Below are positions 10,177 to 18,440 of a stretch of DNA of 44,741 bases, piece after piece. The position numbers and the translations under genes were made by a program. Where the stretch lies: the NCBI GenBank assembly GCA_033762915.1, contig JANRLD010000076.1, positions 1 to 44,741 on the forward strand. Reading direction: 5' to 3'. The first letter of the stretch is position 1. Each line of letters opens with the position of its first letter. The stretch is from Meiothermus sp. GTDB taxonomy: Bacteria; Deinococcota; Deinococci; Deinococcales; Thermaceae. The notes below the pieces were generated by a model. It made no database searches. It was not told where the DNA came from and saw only the letters and a program-made list of their open reading frames with translations.

Positions 10177-11583
10177 TCATACAGGCTTCCACCGACCGTC
10201 GCCCCATGTCGCCCCTGCAAATATAGGGTTGCTACAGGCCAGAAAGGTCTCCCACGAGCGCTGGCGGCGGTCGTAGCCGTTGGGGGCGGTGGGGAGCAGC
10301 CGATGTACCTCGAGGCGGTACTGGCAAGGGGCCTCGGGGGTGTCGGTGAATACGACACTTTGGGTGGGCTGCTTGAACACTTCGGCGTCGAAAAACAACC
10401 CGTTCTTGAGCAGATAAACCACCGCTGGGCCGTCAAGGTCGTGCAGAGAAACCCGAAACTGGGTGGGTACCTCGGTAGCCACCAAGCCGAACATCGGCAC
10501 CACCTGGCCCTGAGATTCGGCGCTGAACTCGAGGCGTGGCCCTAGGCTCACATAGACCTGGCCCCGCTTTAGGCCCCGCAGAATGCCCTGCGGGCTCAGC
10601 TCATCGGCGTACACGTAGGTCAGCACCTGCCCCAGCCGGTGGGTTCCCTGGCTGGCATTTTTGGTGTCGGTTGCCCCCACCCCCACCACCCAGTAACCTT
10701 GGTTGAGGAGCCCATCCCAAAAGGCGAGTTGGAGGGTGTTGTGGGCGTATTCCAACCGGTGATACACCTCGAGCAAGTCCACCTTGGCCCAGTCGGTGAA
10801 GTGGAACTGCCACCCGGCATTGTTGCTGAAGGGGTGGTTGATACATAACAGCGCGTCCTGTTTTCTTACTTCGCCGAAGACCCGCTCGAGCGCAGGGTGG
10901 TTGGCAACGGTGGGATCTATCCACCGGCTCAGGCCGTGCAGGTTGGCGTGGCCCAGAGCGGTGGTGAGTTCGCAGCCGCGAATCAAGGCGATGGCGCTGT
11001 GCTGGGTTTGGGCTTGCTCGAGTTCCTCCCAGCCGCTGTCGGTGTTGTGGTCGGTCAGTGAGAGGAAGTCGAGTCGGTTTTGAAAGGCCGCCGCCACCAA
11101 CTCCCCCACACGGTCGCGTCCACTGCTGTGGTTGGAGTGCGCGTGCAACTCGCCGCGATACCAGCCTGCCTCGGGGCGAATCACCCGCTCCGACCCGTTC
11201 AATGCTCTAGGGGCCAAGATGGTTCGGGGCTGTCGGCTGACGGCTACTTCGATGTGGAGCTGGGTTTCTGGGGCGCAGTTGATCGGCTCGAGGGTGAGCT
11301 TCCAGAGGCCCGCTGGTAGCAGGCCTGGGTGGGCTCCAGGGCTGGCTCCGTCGGTCGCAACCCGGACCTGAGCCTGGCCGTCCTGGGTCATCCCAGCGGC
11401 GCGGAAGGTCAGGGGGTCTTGCAGGATGAAGTCCACCCTTGCGCGGGGGGGGGCGGGCTCGAGCCTGAGCCGACACTCGAGGGCGTAGACTCCCGGCTCC
11501 AGCTCGAACCCGACCTCGCGGTAGCGCTGTGCACCAGTGCCCGAAAGCTGGACGGCAGTTTTTAGGATCACGCTTTCCATCAT
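10177..11583 (-). CDS. PHP-domain metallohydrolase (CehA/McbA-like)
   Basis: GELHAHSNHS, LTDHN, GHAN, INHP motifs. Confidence 0.8.
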   Translation of the reverse strand: MMESVILKTAVQLSGTGAQRYREVGFELEPGVYALECRLRLEPAPPRARVDFILQDPLTFRAAGMTQDGQAQVRVATDGASPGAHPGLLPAGLWKLTLEPINCAPETQLHIEVAVSRQPRTILAPRALNGSERVIRPEAGWYRGELHAHSNHSSGRDRVGELVAAAFQNRLDFLSLTDHNTDSGWEELEQAQTQHSAIALIRGCELTTALGHANLHGLSRWIDPTVANHPALERVFGEVRKQDALLCINHPFSNNAGWQFHFTDWAKVDLLEVYHRLEYAHNTLQLAFWDGLLNQGYWVVGVGATDTKNASQGTHRLGQVLTYVYADELSPQGILRGLKRGQVYVSLGPRLEFSAESQGQVVPMFGLVATEVPTQFRVSLHDLDGPAVVYLLKNGLFFDAEVFKQPTQSVVFTDTPEAPCQYRLEVHRLLPTAPNGYDRRQRSWETFLACSNPIFAGATWGDGRWKPV

Positions 11584-11599
11584 GCCGTCCAGCGCGGTG

Positions 11600-12901
11600 C
11601 TAGCGCAGCCCCTCGCTCTTGAGTGCATCGAGGGTGCGCTGCTGGGCCTGGGGCAGCACTGCCTTGGGGTCTTCGCAGTTGAGCAGGATACGCTCGAGGG
11701 TGTTGTTAATCACCGGCAAGGCTTCGCGGGTGTCGTGCAACTCGGAGTTGTTTCGGGTGAACCGAAGCTGGTTGATCGGCACGCGCCACAGCGGGTTGCT
11801 GGCGGTGAAGCCACTCATGGCCACCTCCGCGCCCTTGGTGATGGGCAGGTATCCGCTCTGCGAGGCAAAGTAGGCGTTGGACTGGGGTGAGGTCATAAAG
11901 CGGATAAACTTCCAGACTGCCTCGAGCTTCTTGGGCGAGATGCCCTTGGGCACCACCAACCCGCTCCCGCCCAGCGGGGCGATGCGTCCGGCTGGGCCGC
12001 CTGGTAGTGGAGCCACACCCAGCTTGTAGTCCTTGGCCTGGGCGATGAAGTTGGCCAACTGGGCCGAGGAGGCGATGGTCATCGCGGCGCGGCGGTTGGA
12101 CATGTCTCCCTGGGTTCCGCCTGCGGCTCTGGGCGGGATGTTGGCGACCTTCTCGCGGCAGACCAGGTCTTGCAGCTTGCCCAACTCTTGCTGCCAAACC
12201 GGGCTGTCCACAAAGGTCTCGTAGCGGGCGTTGGAGACCTGCCCGCCCTGTGCCCAGACCTGCGGCTGCCACCACCAGAAGCGCAGCTCGTAGGTCAGCC
12301 CGAAGGTTCCGCCCAGGCTCTTGTTGATCTGGCGGGCGGTGCTGAACAACTCGTCCCAGGTGGCGGGCGGGGCCTTTACACCGGCTCGAGCGAACATATC
12401 GCGGTTGTAGTAGAGCACCGGGGTGCTGATGGCAAAGGGGATCAGGTATTGCTTGCCCCGCACCAGGCCTAGGTTGAGCATCCCCGGCTGAAAGCTGCCC
12501 CGCTGAATGCCGCTGGGGCCGTCCAGCAGTGCGTCCAGCGGCTCGAGCATGCCGTCGCGAGCGAAGGGCTCCATCAGCCCGGTGTCGAGGGTGATCAGGT
12601 CGGGCAGTTGGCGGGCTGCGATGGCGGCTTGAAACTTCTGGGCCAGCTCGAGGTAGATGCCCTGAAACTGGGCCTCGACCTCAACCTCTTTCTGCGACTC
12701 GTTAAAGCGCTTGACCAGCTCCTCCTGCGCCCGGGCCGACGGCCCCTGAAAGGTTCGCCAAAAAACAATCTTGGTCTTTTCGCCAGCGGCCTGAGCCATG
12801 GCCGCGCCTGGAAGCACTGCCATGCCCAGCAGTCCGAGCAAAGCCAGAAAGATTTTTGCCACTCGAGCGGCCCCCTGTGTTCCGTGGTCTGTATGTCTCA
12901 T
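11600..12901 (-). CDS. ABC transporter substrate-binding protein (UgpB-like)
   Basis: Signal peptide; STPVLYYNRDMF, PPATWDEL, SGYLP. Confidence 0.88.
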   Translation of the reverse strand: MRHTDHGTQGAARVAKIFLALLGLLGMAVLPGAAMAQAAGEKTKIVFWRTFQGPSARAQEELVKRFNESQKEVEVEAQFQGIYLELAQKFQAAIAARQLPDLITLDTGLMEPFARDGMLEPLDALLDGPSGIQRGSFQPGMLNLGLVRGKQYLIPFAISTPVLYYNRDMFARAGVKAPPATWDELFSTARQINKSLGGTFGLTYELRFWWWQPQVWAQGGQVSNARYETFVDSPVWQQELGKLQDLVCREKVANIPPRAAGGTQGDMSNRRAAMTIASSAQLANFIAQAKDYKLGVAPLPGGPAGRIAPLGGSGLVVPKGISPKKLEAVWKFIRFMTSPQSNAYFASQSGYLPITKGAEVAMSGFTASNPLWRVPINQLRFTRNNSELHDTREALPVINNTLERILLNCEDPKAVLPQAQQRTLDALKSEGLR

Positions 12902-12964
12902 ACTCTAATCCTTTCGGTTCCTTACCTGCTTGACCTGTGCACACCCTTTAAACCGCTGTAACTG

Positions 12965-13828
12965 CTACCCTCCCTTAACCGCTCCAGCCGTGATGCCCTG
13001 AACAAAGAAGCGTTGGCAGAAGAGGAAAAGCAAAATGATGGGGATGACCACAAAGGTAGAGGCGGCCATCAGCAGGTGCCAGGGGTCGCCCTGTTCGGCA
13101 TCGCGCATCAGCTTTAGCCCGATGGGCAGGGTTCTCATGGCATCGCTGTTGGTCACAATCAGCGGCCACAAATAGGCATTCCAGGAGCTGACAAAGTTAA
13201 GCAAGGCCAGGGTGACGATGACCGGCATCGACAAAGGGACGGCGATATGGCGCAGCATTTGGCCGTGGTGGGCACCATCGAGCTTGGCCGCCTCGAACAG
13301 CTCTTCGGGCAGGCTTAGCATGTGCTGGCGCAGCAGGAAGATGCTAAAGGCACTGGCCACCGAGGGAAGGATGATGCCCATGTAGGTGTTGATCCAGCCC
13401 AGGTTGGCCAGGGTGATGTAGTTGGGAATTAGGGTGACATCGTTGGGGATCATCAGGGTGCCCAGTACCAAGGCGAAGATCAGCTCGCGACCCGGCACTT
13501 TAATCCGCGCAAATGCATAGGCTCCGGCTACCCCAATCAATATCTCGAGGGCGGTTTGCAGACTCGAGATGGCCAGCGAGTTGAGGTAGTACACACCGAA
13601 CGGGGCGGCATTCCAAGCCTCGACAAAGTTTTGCCAGCGGATCTCGCTGGGTATCCAGCGCGGCGGGTAGACCAGGATTTCGTCGGGGGGCTTGAGGGCC
13701 GAGGTGACCATCCAGAAGAAGGGGATACCCGCGAATACGGCCGCCACCCCCAGCACCAGATAGGTCAAGGCCGAGCGGCCCAGGCTCGAGGGGGAGGCAG
13801 ATGAAGTCTTGCGCTGTGGCTGATCCAT
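12965..13828 (-). CDS. Carbohydrate ABC transporter permease
   Basis: EAAKLDGA EAA loop; WNAYLWPL. Confidence 0.9.
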   Translation of the reverse strand: MDQPQRKTSSASPSSLGRSALTYLVLGVAAVFAGIPFFWMVTSALKPPDEILVYPPRWIPSEIRWQNFVEAWNAAPFGVYYLNSLAISSLQTALEILIGVAGAYAFARIKVPGRELIFALVLGTLMIPNDVTLIPNYITLANLGWINTYMGIILPSVASAFSIFLLRQHMLSLPEELFEAAKLDGAHHGQMLRHIAVPLSMPVIVTLALLNFVSSWNAYLWPLIVTNSDAMRTLPIGLKLMRDAEQGDPWHLLMAASTFVVIPIILLFLFCQRFFVQGITAGAVKGG

Positions 13829-13835
13829 AAGCCTC

Positions 13836-14813
13836 CTAGTAGTGCACCCAGCGCTTGGACAGGTGCAGGTTGATCAGGGTCAGGGCCAGGATGATCACGA
13901 AAAACACGCAGGCCAGCGCCGAGGCATAGCCCGCCCTGAAGCGCTGAAAGGCCAGCTCGTAAAGGTGCAAAACGTAGATGTTGGTGGCGCTGAGCGGGCC
14001 ACCTTGGGTCATGATCGAGGGAATCTCGAAGGACTGCATGGTGTGGATGATGCCTGTGATGACCAGAAACAGCGTGACCGGGCCGAGCAGCGGTAAGGTG
14101 ATCCGCCGGAACACCTGCCACTCCGAGGCCCCGTCAATGCGAGCCGCCTCCTGGAGTTCGGGGTTGATGTTGGAAAGGGCCGCCAGATAGATGACCGTCG
14201 AAAAGCCGACCGACTTCCAGATGGCCACCATGATGATGGCAGGCATCGCCCAGTTCGGATCGGAGACCCAGACCGGGGACTTCTGGCCGAGCAGATCGAA
14301 AAAGACTTTGAACACCCCGAAGTAGGGGTCGAGGACAAACAACCAGACAATGGCAGCGACGGCGGTAGAGGTGACAAAAGGCAGAAAAATAATGGTGCGA
14401 AAGAAGGTCTTAAAACGGATGTTTTGAAACAGCAGCACCGCCAAGAGGAGGGATAGGCCCAGGCGGATGAACACGGTAAAGAACGCGAACACCAAGGTGT
14501 TGCCGAGCACCTGATAGAAAACTGGGGAAGTGAGCAGTTCTTGGTAGTTTTTCAGCCCCACCAGATGCTTCTCAGGGCGGATCATATTCCAGTCGGTGAA
14601 ACTGACCCCGAAGGTAAAGAGAATGGGCCAGTAGGTGAAAACCGCCAGCAATAGCAGACCGGGCAGCACCAACACCGCGAACCACCGCAGGTTGTCCTGG
14701 GCGGTGTGTTTGCTCATCGGGTGGGCGGCGGGTTTGGGGCTCGAGAGGCTACTGGGTTTGGGAGACGGGTTCACTGGGTGGCCTCCGTTGCTCGAGCCCC
14801 TTTTCGACTCCAT
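13836..14813 (-). CDS. Carbohydrate ABC transporter permease (start uncertain)
   Basis: EAARIDGA EAA loop; ITLPLL; GYASA. Confidence 0.9.
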   Translation of the reverse strand: MESKRGSSNGGHPVNPSPKPSSLSSPKPAAHPMSKHTAQDNLRWFAVLVLPGLLLLAVFTYWPILFTFGVSFTDWNMIRPEKHLVGLKNYQELLTSPVFYQVLGNTLVFAFFTVFIRLGLSLLLAVLLFQNIRFKTFFRTIIFLPFVTSTAVAAIVWLFVLDPYFGVFKVFFDLLGQKSPVWVSDPNWAMPAIIMVAIWKSVGFSTVIYLAALSNINPELQEAARIDGASEWQVFRRITLPLLGPVTLFLVITGIIHTMQSFEIPSIMTQGGPLSATNIYVLHLYELAFQRFRAGYASALACVFFVIILALTLINLHLSKRWVHY

Positions 14814-14978
14814 GGAACTTTACTACAACACCTTCTTCGAGTCAAATGTGGCATTTTTTCATCGAAATATGTGTTCTGGATTGATAAACACAGAATCCCA
14901 CAGAGATTGGCGCGCTTGTAGTTTTTTTACGAATGAGCCTGTTGCGGGACAGAAATGGGGTATAAATAGGCTATCTTT

Positions 14979-15803
14979 ATGGATTTGTTCGTCCAACTCG
15001 AGCGTTTGCAGACCTCCCTCAGCCCATCAGAGCGGAAAGTCGCGGAAGCGGTGATGGGTCAGCCGCAGGTGGTATTGCGCCTGAGCATCTTGGAACTGGC
15101 CGCGCTGGCTGGGGTGAGTGAGCCCACCATCATCCGCTTTTGCCGAAAACTGGGCTGCGAAGGGTTTCGGGATTTCAAGCTGATCCTGGCGCAGAACTTG
15201 GTTTCCACCGAGACCTACGGCAGCATCGCGGTGACCCCCGAAGACTCAGCGGCAGACCTGGTCTCTAAGGTGTTCAACTCCACCATCGAAAAGCTGGCCC
15301 GCATTCGCGGGATGCTCGACCATGCCACCCTTGAGCAGGCCATCGAGGCGCTAACTAAAGCGCGTAAGGTGGAGTTTTACGGGCTGGGGTTTTCTGGCAA
15401 CATCGCCGTGGATGCCCACCATAAGTTTTTTCGCTTGGGCATACCTTGCATCGCCTACACCGAGGCCGCGATGCAACTGATCTCGGCTAAAACCTTGGGA
15501 AAAAAAGATGTGGTGGTGGCCATCTCCAACAGTGGGGGCATCAGCGAACTGCTCAAGAGCGTGGAAGTGGCCAGAGAGGCTGGGGCCACTGTTATCGGCA
15601 TTACTGCCAGGGGCTCAGCTTTGGCCAAGCTGTGCAGCATCGCGCTGACGGTGGAGCCACTCGAGCAGAAGGATGTGTACTCGCCCATCATCTCTCGAGT
15701 CGCACACCTGCTGGTTGTGGACACCTTGGCGGTCGCGGTAGCCCTGCACACCCCCACAGCCCACGCATCGGGTCGTCCAGCAAAAACCAAAAAAGCCGGT
15801 TAG
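14979..15803 (+). CDS. RpiR/HexR family transcriptional regulator (HTH + SIS)
   Basis: LSPSERKVA, VSEPTIIRFCRKLG, SIS domain; divergent from the ABC operon. Confidence 0.92.
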   Translation: MDLFVQLERLQTSLSPSERKVAEAVMGQPQVVLRLSILELAALAGVSEPTIIRFCRKLGCEGFRDFKLILAQNLVSTETYGSIAVTPEDSAADLVSKVFNSTIEKLARIRGMLDHATLEQAIEALTKARKVEFYGLGFSGNIAVDAHHKFFRLGIPCIAYTEAAMQLISAKTLGKKDVVVAISNSGGISELLKSVEVAREAGATVIGITARGSALAKLCSIALTVEPLEQKDVYSPIISRVAHLLVVDTLAVAVALHTPTAHASGRPAKTKKAG

Positions 15804-15926
15804 TTGCCAAAGTTTGCACGATCAACAAAGTCAACACAGGTGTTGCACCCTGACCGATAACTTCAGCAGGGGCTGATCGTGTTTCCCACCATTACCTCCC
15901 TCGAGGTGGCAGGTAATCTACCCCCT

Positions 15927-15997
15927 ATCGCGTTTCCCACCCACACTCCGCCCACAGTGCCGCGCTAAAGCGGGTGCTAAAGCGTGCGCTAAAGCGG
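15927..15997 (+). repeat. Dispersed repeat, copy 2
   Basis: ATCGCGTTTCCCACCC, then 3 near-perfect GCGCTAAAGCGG units from 15962. Confidence 0.7.
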
Positions 15998-16120
15998 AGA
16001 TTCTGTTGGCGAAGTCGGGGTGCAACTCGAGAAGTCGTGTCTTCATCGGTATCTCAATCCTCGCTTTATCACCCAGATTTGGAGTTCGCCAACAGAATCA
16101 GCGGAGTAGTGCGCTTGGTC

Positions 16121-16214
16121 CAGCAAAAACCGCCGTACCGAGTGTTCGTGGGAACCGCTCTACAGCAAAAACCGCCCGCTTTAGCGCCGTAGGGAGTATG
16201 CGTGGGAAACGCTC
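16121..16214. repeat. Imperfect tandem duplication containing an inverted copy of the dispersed repeat
   Basis: CAGCAAAAACCGCC...CGTGGGAA(C/A)CGCTC twice; CCGCTTTAGCGCC at 16176-16188. Confidence 0.6.
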
Positions 16215-16331
16215 TGACACCTTTGGCTTCCTTTGACCTGACTGAACCTGATTTCACTTGCCCCTTTCCCCCTCTATTTGTTCGAAAAATCCGCTCACCA
16301 GGCAATTCTAGTACGTAACGACATACCCCCC

Positions 16332-16385
16332 TTTACAAGACAACATTTGAATGCTACTATTCTCGATGTAGCATTCAAATGCTAC
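16332..16385 (+). promoter_or_regulatory. Sigma70-type promoter of the tRNA array with overlapping palindromic operator
   Basis: TTTACA-17-TACTAT with TG extension; CATTTGAATGCTAC/GTAGCATTCAAATG inverted repeat; GTAGCATT-CA-AATGCTAC palindrome. Confidence 0.8.
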
Positions 16386-16433
16386 TAATCGGTGCCCTTC
16401 AGAAGGTACTACGAACTTTGACAAATAAGCCTT

Positions 16434-16597
16434 GGTCGTCGGTGTTCCAGTTTCGACGGATACCGAAAGCGCCGTTGGCGCGTCACGGGTCAAGAGTCAG
16501 GACTCGAGAGCTAGAAGCAGCTCGAGGCCCCAGACTCCCGGCTCGAGACGGCGCGAAGCGCCCAGGAGACGTGGGTAGTAAGCCCCACTCGACGACC
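16434..16597 (+). ncRNA. Unknown structured RNA with tRNA-like 3' geometry
   Basis: Ends pair (GGTCGTCG/CGACGACC); GTGGG/CCCAC arm just before the 3' strand; several internal hairpins. Confidence 0.55.
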
Positions 16598-16605
16598 TTT
16601 ATCAC

Positions 16606-16680
16606 GGGCTGTTGGTGTCAACGGCAGCACGGCGCTCTCCAAAAGCGTTGGTTCTGGTTCAAATCCAGAGCAGCCCGCCA
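16606..16680 (+). tRNA. tRNA-Trp(CCA)
   Basis: Cloverleaf; loop CTCCAAA; CCA end. Confidence 0.92.
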
Positions 16681-16768
16681 AAAGCGCCACCTGCTGGGGT
16701 GGAAATGCTATCAATCGCAAAGTGGTCGGGGCTATGCCCTAGAGCTACGCCCCAACCCCTGTGCGATT
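16681..16768 (+). ncRNA. Repeated structured spacer RNA, copy 1
   Basis: Homologous to 16942-17016 with compensatory stem changes. Confidence 0.65.
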
Positions 16769-16769
16769 C

Positions 16770-16846
16770 CGTGGAGTAGCTCAGCTAGGAAGAGCCCTGG
16801 TTCGGGATACCAGAGGTCAGAGGTTCAAATCCTCTCTCCGCGACCA
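16770..16846 (+). tRNA. tRNA-Pro(GGG), C33
   Basis: CTGGT-TCGGGAT-ACCAG; C1-G72, A73; CGG in an alternative register. Confidence 0.82.
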
Positions 16847-16849
16847 TTT

Positions 16850-16941
16850 GGGTACGAGGTTGACTATCGGTTGGTCACGCCTCTGTGTAAAAGAGGAGCC
16901 CTAAAAAGCCCCTGTAGGTTCAATTCCTACCGTACCCACCA
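16850..16941 (+). tRNA. tRNA-Tyr(GTA)
   Basis: Loop GTGTAAA; long variable region; CCA. Confidence 0.85.
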
Positions 16942-17016
16942 AAAGCGCCAGCCCCTAAAGCTGGAGATGCTATCAACCGCAACGCGGCCCGGCTGGTCCG
17001 GTCACCCCTGCGCGGT
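16942..17016 (+). ncRNA. Repeated structured spacer RNA, copy 2
   Basis: Homologous to 16681-16768. Confidence 0.65.
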
Positions 17017-17019
17017 AAC

Positions 17020-17093
17020 GCAGAACTGGTGTAGTGGCAACACGCGACCATCCCAAGGTCGGGTTGCAGGTTCGATTCCTGCGTTCTGCTCCA
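17020..17093 (+). tRNA. tRNA-Gly(CCC)
   Basis: Loop ATCCCAA; U73; CCA. Confidence 0.9.
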
Positions 17094-17095
17094 TC

Positions 17096-17170
17096 GCGGA
17101 AATAGCTCAGAGGAAGAGCACTTCGTTGCCAACGAAGAGGCCGGGATTTCAAGACTCCCTTTCCGCACCA
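17096..17170 (+). tRNA. tRNA-Gly(GCC)
   Basis: Loop TTGCCAA; irregular T arm; A73. Confidence 0.85.
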
Positions 17171-17171
17171 T

Positions 17172-17246
17172 GCTTCGGTAGCTCAGAGGTAGAGCACCTG
17201 TCTGAAGAACAGGGGGTCGGTAGCTCAAAACTGCCCCGAAGCGCCA
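17172..17246 (+). tRNA. tRNA-Phe(GAA)
   Basis: Loop CTGAAGA; T loop CTCAAAA. Confidence 0.85.
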
Positions 17247-17249
17247 AGA

Positions 17250-17325
17250 GGGCTCCGTAGCTCAACGGCAGAGCGCCCCGTTTGCACCGGGGAGGCTGGG
17301 GGTTCAAATCCCCTCGAGTCCACCA
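17250..17325 (+). tRNA. tRNA-Ala(TGC)
   Basis: Loop TTTGCAC; G3:U70; bulged acceptor stem. Confidence 0.88.
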
Positions 17326-17367
17326 GCACAACCTGTAGGGACGCGGTACCCTGCTTCGCCGCGAAAT

Positions 17368-17442
17368 GGCTCCATAGTGTAGAGGATTGCACGCCACGTT
17401 GTCCGCGTGAGGGCGGGGGTTCGATTCCCCCTGGGGTCGCCA
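17368..17442 (+). tRNA. tRNA-Asp(GTC)
   Basis: Loop TTGTCCG; G73. Confidence 0.9.
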
Positions 17443-17445
17443 TGA

Positions 17446-17520
17446 TGGGAAGTCGTCTAAAGGCAAAGACGTCTGACTCTGACTCAGAAAATGTTGGTTC
17501 AATTCCAGCCTTCCTAGCCA
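17446..17520 (+). tRNA. tRNA-Gln(CTG)
   Basis: Loop CTCTGAC; U1-A72. Confidence 0.92.
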
Positions 17521-17568
17521 AAACGAAAACGAGAATGCCGCCGCACCGGGCGGCATGTTTTCGAGTTC

Positions 17569-17643
17569 GGTGCCATCGTCCAGCGGGCAGGACGTCACGT
17601 TCTCAGCGTGAAGACAGGGGTTCAAATCCCCTTGGCATCTCCA
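17569..17643 (+). tRNA. tRNA-Glu(CTC)
   Basis: Loop TTCTCAG; CCA. Confidence 0.9.
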
Positions 17644-17752
17644 GAAGGGCTCGAGGGACGCCTTGCTCGAAATGGTGAGGGCGAGCCCTTGCCGGAATCG
17701 AGGGTTTGTGCTAAAACTGTAAGGCTGATTTGAGCCTTATAGGCTCCCGAAC

Positions 17753-17827
17753 GGCCCCATCGTCTAGTGGTTAGGACGCCGCCCTCTCACGGCGGTAACA
17801 GGGGTTCAAATCCCCTTGGGGTCACCA
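17753..17827 (+). tRNA. tRNA-Glu(CTC), canonical housekeeping-like
   Basis: GGCCCCATCGTCTAGTGGTTAGGAC...; loop CTCTCAC. Confidence 0.95.
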
Positions 17828-17889
17828 GCGCACAATCCAGACGGTCTACCTGCCTCGCCCAAAGCGGGGCGGTTGACTTGTGTACGGCG

Positions 17890-17944
17890 TGGGGGCAAAC
17901 AGCCGATCAGACGGCTAAAGGTTCAAACCCTGCGTTCCCTGCCA
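17890..17944 (+). ncRNA. D-armless tRNA-like mini RNA
   Basis: GGGGGC/GTTCCC stem; AGCCG/CGGCT hairpin; AGG-TTCAAAC-CCT T arm; GCCA end. Confidence 0.55.
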
Positions 17945-17946
17945 TT

Positions 17947-18033
17947 GGAAGTGACGCCGAATTGGCTAAGGCACCCGTCTTGAAAACGGACAGTCCTCGA
18001 GACCTGTGGGTTCAATTCCCTCCACTTCCGCCA
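17947..18033 (+). tRNA. tRNA-Ser(TGA)
   Basis: Loop CTTGAAA; long variable arm; G73. Confidence 0.9.
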
Positions 18034-18101
18034 ACCGAACCTAAACACCAGCCACCCTTCCTCGCCAGGTCGAGGGAGGCCGGGAGGGTGAGGGGATGTC
18101 T

Positions 18102-18176
18102 GGGGTCGTAGCTCAATTGGCAGAGCGCTGCTGTGGCATGGCAGAGAAAGGGGTTCGACTCCCCTCGATTCCACCA
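18102..18176 (+). tRNA. tRNA-Ala(GGC)
   Basis: Loop GTGGCAT; G3:U70. Confidence 0.9.
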
Positions 18177-18178
18177 GT

Positions 18179-18253
18179 GAGGGTATCGCCTAACGGATAG
18201 GGCACCAGGCTTCGAACCTGGCCGTCGGGGTTCAAGTCCCTGTACCTTCGCCA
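18179..18253 (+). tRNA. tRNA-Arg(TCG)
   Basis: Loop CTTCGAA. Confidence 0.9.
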
Positions 18254-18280
18254 AACCGGTGCGCTGTCTGCACCAACCAC

Positions 18281-18357
18281 GCTCCCCTCGCCTAAAGGAG
18301 AGGGCAACGGTCTTCTAAACCGCCTATGTGCAGGTTCAATTCCTGCGGGGAGCACCA
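18281..18357 (+). tRNA. tRNA-Arg(TCT)
   Basis: Loop CTTCTAA. Confidence 0.9.
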
Positions 18358-18360
18358 CAT

Positions 18361-18437
18361 TGATCGGTAGCTTAACTCGGTAGAGCGCTCGATTGTTAAT
18401 CGAGTCTGTGCAGGTTCGATGCCTGCCCGATCAGCCA
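18361..18437 (+). tRNA. tRNA-Asn(GTT)
   Basis: Loop TTGTTAA; G73. Confidence 0.9.
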
Positions 18438-18440
18438 CGT

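Noticed and set aside
16161..16170. TACAGCAAAA as another ACAGCAA module
   Set aside because: Upstream of the array promoter, part of a DNA tandem repeat, and no enclosing stem
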